DNA of 64,000 nucleotides from Polymyxa betae A26-41 (Eukaryota; Protista; Endomyxa: Phytomyxea): NCBI GenBank assembly GCA_003693705.1, contig RBZT01000607.1, positions 15,778 to 79,777 of the forward strand, read 5' to 3'. Shown piece by piece: positions 63,057 to 64,000 of this stretch (position 1 is its first letter; each line of letters starts with the position of its first letter). The notes under the pieces were generated by a model. It saw only the letters and a program-made list of their open reading frames with translations, ran no database searches and was not told where the DNA came from. The position numbers and the translations under genes were made by a program.

Positions 63057-64000
63057 GTGACAACAGGAACTGTTAATGACTGACCTCCCAAAATAGGGAC
63101 TCTCGCTCCTCAACATCGGATACCAACCGCTCAGCTACGGTGAATAGCGTCGGCACCAGTAATGCCAACACTTCGAACAGCCCGACCACATGCCGAACCT
63201 GTGAGCGTGCGCAACGTCCTGCCAGCCACGACTACAAACAGTGTGAGCACGCTAAGAAGAATGGCTTCTGCAAAAAGTGCAAAGTCCGAGGGCACTTCTC
63301 CTCCAACGACTGCCCCGCGACGTCGGCGTCCACCGTCGCTGTTGCCGATTCTGCTACTCCTTCATCCGCCAGCGATGACACTGGCGACGAGGCCCACTCC
63401 TAGGGACTCGGGGTGCTGGCGTCACCCGACGTTAGCACCCGACAAACATGGGACCCTGGTCTCGAACCCGTTCAATCCGTTCCCGCGTACGCTTTCGACG
63501 ACCGGACCGCCCAAGACTCGATCGCCCGCCTCGAGCTCGTCATCGGCGACCAAAACTGCGCAGCTTTAATCAACTCCTGCTCGGCAGTCAATCTTATGAG
63601 CGCTAAATTTCTAAAATTATTACCAGACCACATTCAAGCCAATTATGATGGCCCAAGCAGCATCGGTTCTCGCACAACCCTCGTCGCTTTTGACGGTTCA
63701 ACGACAGTCCGCCCATCTGGACATTTTACGTTACCCGTTCGAATCGGACCGACAACGTGTCATGCCCATTGAGCATGACAGTACTCGCAGCCGCCCAGCC
63801 GACCACCAGGCAGTCGTACTGGCCCTTCCTGAGGGGCTGCGCAGAGGGCTGCGCCCCTGCTGACGATTCCTATAGGGGAAGAGCCCTAACTGTCACGGAC
63901 TGCGCGGGTCCCCTCGTCTCCCTACTATGAATGGCGAGGAGCGGCCTCCACGCAACCATTCCGATCAACTCCAAAAATTCATACGTTTCTCATCTCGTCT
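63057..64000 (+). mobile_element. Internally deleted LTR retrotransposon (Ty3/Gypsy-like): gag zinc knuckles, degenerate protease, PPT and start of 3' LTR
   Basis: Knuckles CRTC..HDYKQC and CKKCKVRGHFSSNDC. ALINSCSAVNLMS is a decayed ALIDSG protease motif. PPT AGGGGAAGAG 63874-63883, TGTCAC at 63891 and GTGACA at 63057-63062. Confidence 0.75.

Overview
Eukaryotic genomic DNA with many ~50-nt GT-AG introns and scattered TTAGGG/TTTAGGG-type repeats. The gene mix suggests a biotrophic microbial parasite such as a plasmodiophorid, but that is inference only. The centre holds a 7-exon, 3903-aa single-chain fungal-type fatty acid synthase (22710-34872, minus). Other housekeeping-like genes are an HMG-box/histone-fold fusion, a 7TM-RGS protein and a CaaX-tailed vWA protein. 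The rest is a transposon-rich accessory region. It holds four BTB-domain paralogues (two disrupted), three paralogous signal-peptide + F-box-like proteins, a disrupted secreted RING-H2 gene, a secreted two-PAN protein and other secreted orphans. Mobile elements include a MULE-like element, a Harbinger MITE, RNase H LINE 3' ends and a gag-pro LTR remnant. Best leads: (1) a set of secreted ubiquitin-ligase mimics; (2) telomere-type repeats inside short introns, sometimes at the branch-point position; (3) a covarying three-helix RNA motif at LINE 3' ends; (4) a UAG-plus-hairpin gag readthrough signal. All splice models were derived by hand and need RNA-seq confirmation.
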